From Sphaerodactylus townsendi (taxonomy: Eukaryota), in assembly GCF_021028975.2 (NCBI RefSeq), contig NC_059426.1, positions 70,246,001-70,310,000 of the forward strand: a stretch of 64,000 bases of DNA. The letters are read 5' to 3'. Below, in pieces: positions 59,934-64,000 of this stretch. Both the position numbers and the translations under genes were made by a program. The number at the start of each line of letters is the position of its first letter. The stretch's first letter is position 1. Below the pieces are notes generated by a model that was not told where the DNA came from, made no database searches, and saw only the letters and a program-made list of their open reading frames with translations.

Positions 59934-62561
59934 CAGTGGCGTTCCTGCCTAGGGACAGGGGGTACCCTCTGTCCCCGGGCGCCCCCCATTTGGTCACGTG
60001 GGGGGGCACCAACATTTCAGGGTCGTTTGTGTGTTTTTAAAGTTTTAAAGTGTTTTTCACGTTTCGGCCTACAGGGGGCGCATTTTTAAGGCTAGCGGCA
60101 CCAAAATTTCAGGGTACCATCCAGAGACTGTCCTGATTATACTACCCAAATTTGGTGATGTTTGGTTCAGGGGAAGCAAAGTTATGGACCCCCAAAGGGG
60201 GTGCCCCATCCCCATTTTTTTTCATGGGAGCCACCCTGAGATGGGGGCTACCCTTTTGAGGGACAATAACTTCGCTCCTCCTGAACATAACTTCCCCAAT
60301 CTTGGGTAGCACCCTAAGAATAGTTAATAGATGATATCTCTGAAAATCTGGTGCCACTAGCTTTAAAAATACATCCCTTCCAGGCACCCCAAGAAATTTG
60401 TCTAAGATTCTTTGTTTTGCAGTGACTTTGTTGCATTGTAGCCAATGGGGAATTTCTGAGTGTAGGGAGGCTGCACATTTTTGAAGATAGAGGCACCAGA
60501 CTTTCAGGGTGGCTCCAGGAGGGCCTCCTGGTAATAGCATCCAGGTTTGGAGACCTTTGCTTCTGGGGGGTTCCAATTTGCTATGGGCCCCTAAAAGAGC
60601 TTATTTTGTTTCCCCGCTCCCTTGCACATGAAAGCTCCTTGTGGGCTAAGTTCTCTCAGGACTCTCTCTCAACTCCCCACCCAATCCAGGAAAGTAAAGC
60701 TCACCAAGCTTGGATGCTATTAAGGCCTCTTTGGAGCCATCTTGAGAAAGTCTGGTGCCTCTATCTTCAAAAAATGTGCAGCCAGCTACACACTCAGACA
60801 TTCCCCCAGAATCTGCCAGGCTCTTCAGCAAGTTCTGTGGTGGGAAAAATTACTTTTCCCACCACTTGCAGACTCTTCAAATGGGAGGCTTTCTGTTATG
60901 CCCAGATGGCTCTGTGGTAGAGGTTTCAACAGGAGGCACTGTGCTAAGGACCTTCCCCTGGGTGGAGGCATTTCCCGTAGCTGCTGGGTGTGAGTCTCCT
61001 GAAAGGAACCAGCCAAAATTTGCTAAAATGTGTGTGTGGAAGAGGGGAAAATGCTGTGGCCACCGAGGTTGGAAGGTGAACCTGAATTACCCCACAGAAT
61101 TCGGCCATCATAGGCAAACTTTAGCAAAGTTGGCTGGTTCCCTTTCAGGAGACCCACACTGCTAGGCTTCCTGCAGGGGGCCTTGAGTAATAAAGCATCC
61201 AAGCTTGGTGAGCTTTGCTTTTGGGGGTGGGTGGGGGCACTGAGAAGTTCTGAGAGAACTCAGCCAGCAGGCTTCATGTGCAGGAGCAGGGAAACAAAAT
61301 AAGCCTTTTAGGGGCCCATAAAATTGGACCCTCAGAGCAAAGGTCTCTCCTAAGCCTGGGATTGCTATTACCAGGAGGGCACCTGGAGCCACCTTGCCAA
61401 AGTCTGGTGCCTCTATCTTCAAAAAAAAATGTGCAGCCTGCTTCAGAAATTCCTCATTTAGCTACAATGGAGCAAAAGTCACTGCAAAACAAAAGAATCT
61501 TGGGGCGTTCTTTGGGGTTCCTGGAAGGGATGTATTTTTTTAAAGCTAGTGACACCAAAATTTCCGGGTATCATCCTGTTAACTATTCTTATGATTACCC
61601 ACCCAAGTTTTCTGAAGTTAGGTTCAGGAGGGACCAAAGTTATGGTCCTCAAATGGGTAGCCCCTATCTCAGGTTAGCTCCCATTGAAAACAATGGGGAT
61701 AAGGGCAGGCATTCCATTTGGGCATCCCTAACTTTGCTTCCCCTGAACCAAACATCGCCATGAAACTGGAATTGGTATCATCAGGAGCAGTCTCTGGATG
61801 ATGTCTCTGAAATCATGGCAGTGCCTCTAGCTTTAAAATGCGCTCCCTGTGAGGCTGAAAAAACACCCAAAATACTTTCCCCCAAAAGCCCAAATACCCT
61901 TGCATTCAGCATTTGTTCATATTTGGGCAGGACATAATCAGACAATTTTGTTTTGTCCGAAGGTGCCCAAATTTGCCCAGATTCCAGCCGAATCTGCTAT
62001 TTGTTTGGCATCTGAATCTCCAACCCTCAAAAGTAATGCTGTTTTAGGGTGGGGAGAATCCACCCTAAAACAGCATCGAACACTTTTGTTTTATTAGGGG
62101 AGACCCCAGATTCTCCCTTTAAGGTAGATTTTAAAAGAAGAATCTGAGCTCCCTAGTTTAAAACACCATTGAAAGTGATGCTGTTTGGGGGTGGGGATTC
62201 CACTGGGAGAAGTGTTTTTGAGGAGATGATGCTGACATGTTTGTTTTGGTAAATGTTTTTGCTGGGGGGTGATTTGTTGAGGAGATTTACATGCTTAATA
62301 CCCACTTGCACTGGCTTGGAGCTGTTTCTCAGGGCTAACAACTCTACCTCTATAGGGTTGTTGTGATTAGGAAATTAGGGAAAAGAGTTGGTGGGGAGAG
62401 AGCCATGTATGTTTTACTGGGGAGTGGAGAGGCATTTTGTGAGCTGGTACATAAAAATCATTGTTTGGTCATGGTGGGGGAGGGTGGTCACTGATACGCC
62501 GGGCCGGAAGGCCAAACTCAGGTTTTGTCCCCGGGCGCCAGTTTGCCTAGGTACGCCCCTG
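59934..62561. mobile_element. Non-autonomous hAT-like element, CAG-type TIR (2628 bp), inserted in copia B RT
   Basis: 8-bp TSD GCAGTGGG (59926-59933, 62562-62569); TIR CAGTGGCGTTCCT / AGGTACGCCCCTG. Removing it restores DQTYAPTAKAESMRL. Confidence 0.92.
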
Positions 62562-64000
62562 GCAGTGGGTGCATAAGTCTGATCATAACTGTCAAACTTT
62601 GTTTGAGAGAAGCCTTGTCAGCGACTAATCTTGCTTTTATATTTACCAAAGTCCCATCGAGACCCTTAGGTTTACGCTACTGTATACTCCATCTTGCACC
62701 TATGATCGGCTTTATCAGTAGGTTTATCAACAATGTTAAACACTTTTAAGTTCACCAAGTGATTCAAACCTTCATTGTCCATAGCCTGATTCCATTTTTT
62801 TTTCCCTGTTCCTCAGGTGGACATTTCAACATATCATGGGAAACCTTCGTGGTTTCTGTCCCTAATTGGCACACTCTCACTTCCTTTGTACCATAAACCT
62901 TTTGGTTGGTGGTATGCCTTTATTTTGCTCCTTTTCTGATCCTGCGTTGGTATAGCCTATTTCTCCAGTTTGCTCAGCCCCTCTCCCTCTCCCTGGCTTC
63001 CTTCCTGATCACTATCACTGTTCTGTTGTTGCTTAAAGGACTCGGAGACAGATGTGTGACCTTTGCAGACAGGGAGTGGGGTTGTGTGCTGTCACTAGGT
63101 ACTGTGTCATGGCTTACTGAGTGAGTAAGAACACTTCATGAGTTTTTGATGCACATGTTCCCCAACCTGTATGCTTTTTCAAAGTTGGCACTATGCGTTG
63201 AGATAGCAATTCTTCCATGACCCAATGAAAATCTATAGCCTTTGGTATGGCTCTGCGCATATCCTACAAAAAACGTAGTCTCTGCCATGTTTCTTTTGTC
63301 CTTTTTTCCGTTAAGCTGTCTGGGAATGAGGGACGTTAGCAAAACTTTCCCAAATATTCTAAGGTTGTTTCAGGGAAGGCCTTTTTGCCAAACATTCTGA
63401 AATATGTTATGACATTGATACTTGAAAGACACAAACTGTTTATTACATGGGTGGCAGCTAAGACAGCCTCTCCCAAGAAATGAAATGGAACCTTGGAATC
63501 ATTTATCATGCAATCCCGCATTGTTTGAAGAAGAATGCCTAGTCTCCTCTCAGCCACGCCATTTTCAGCGCCCGGGCTGAACGGATTTGTTCTACTGTGG
63601 CTAATACCTTTCTGTGTCAGCCATGTTTGGAATTTGTTCCCCCATGAACTCACACCGCCTCTGTCAGATTGCAGGTACGAAGCCACCTTGTGAGGAACCT
63701 CCGTTCAATCATTGAGACTCCATTCCTTAAACCTTGTAAAGGCTTCATCCTTAGATTTCCAACAGCAAGCAGTAAAGAATATCTGCTATAATCATCAATC
63801 AGCAGAAATATATATACGTGGCACCCCCCCTTCCGGCTTGATTGGAAAGGGACCAGCTAAGTCTGCATGGACTAGTTCAAATGGATGCTTTCCATTTGTC
63901 TGTAGCTCTTTTTTTGGGGATTGGATAGGATTTTTCACCTTAACCCCACTACAGACTGAACAGTCTAGGAATGCTTTGCAAGGCTTCTTTTTACACTCAA
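62562..64000 (-). pseudogene. copia B integrase and RT N-terminus, many frameshifts
   Basis: CSVC, VHADLAGP, LQSDRGG, NGVAERR, FVGY..KGYR and KARLVA in shifting frames. Confidence 0.85.

Larger units (their letters stand above)
58055..64000 (-). mobile_element. Ty1/copia LTR retrotransposon B, disrupted; 5' part lies beyond the window
   Basis: Integrase PFELVHADLAGP, SDRGG, ENGVAER; RT YAPT, HFDFETAYL, LYGLKQSAR.W, IYVD; RNase H FEDSQ, RTKH, ADILTKPL; PPT and 3' LTR. Confidence 0.94.

Noticed and set aside
62562-64000. Dense frameshifts as evidence that copia B is ancient
   Set aside because: Many indels fall in homopolymers beyond an assembly gap, so sequencing error cannot be separated from decay without reads.

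Overview
Vertebrate genomic DNA from a squamate reptile, plausibly a gecko (inferred from BovB-like RTE, CR1/L2, Sauria/Squam-type SINEs and 5S-headed SINEs). The window lies inside a class II olfactory receptor (OR) cluster of the OR5/8/9-like group. It holds 7 intact single-exon OR genes and 2 truncated pseudogenes, all on the minus strand. Part of the cluster arose by tandem duplication (about 23.3-38.6 kb vs 40.4-56.7 kb), followed by an ~8 kb deletion and probable gene conversion. Two different Ty1/copia LTR retrotransposons flank the cluster. Element A (1-4556) has LTRs identical over the 122 bp that can be compared, a half-tRNAiMet primer-binding site, and a deleted, disabled pol. Element B (58055 to beyond 64000) has a 2.6 kb hAT-like element inserted in its RT. 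A family of non-autonomous hAT-like elements with 8-bp TSDs shares one inverted internal module across two unrelated TIR types. Several PIF/Harbinger-like MITEs, long palindromes and one 139-N assembly gap are also present. I found no convincing wholly new gene system. The strongest leads are the copia element A biology, the modular or chimeric hAT-like elements, and the OR duplication, deletion and conversion history.
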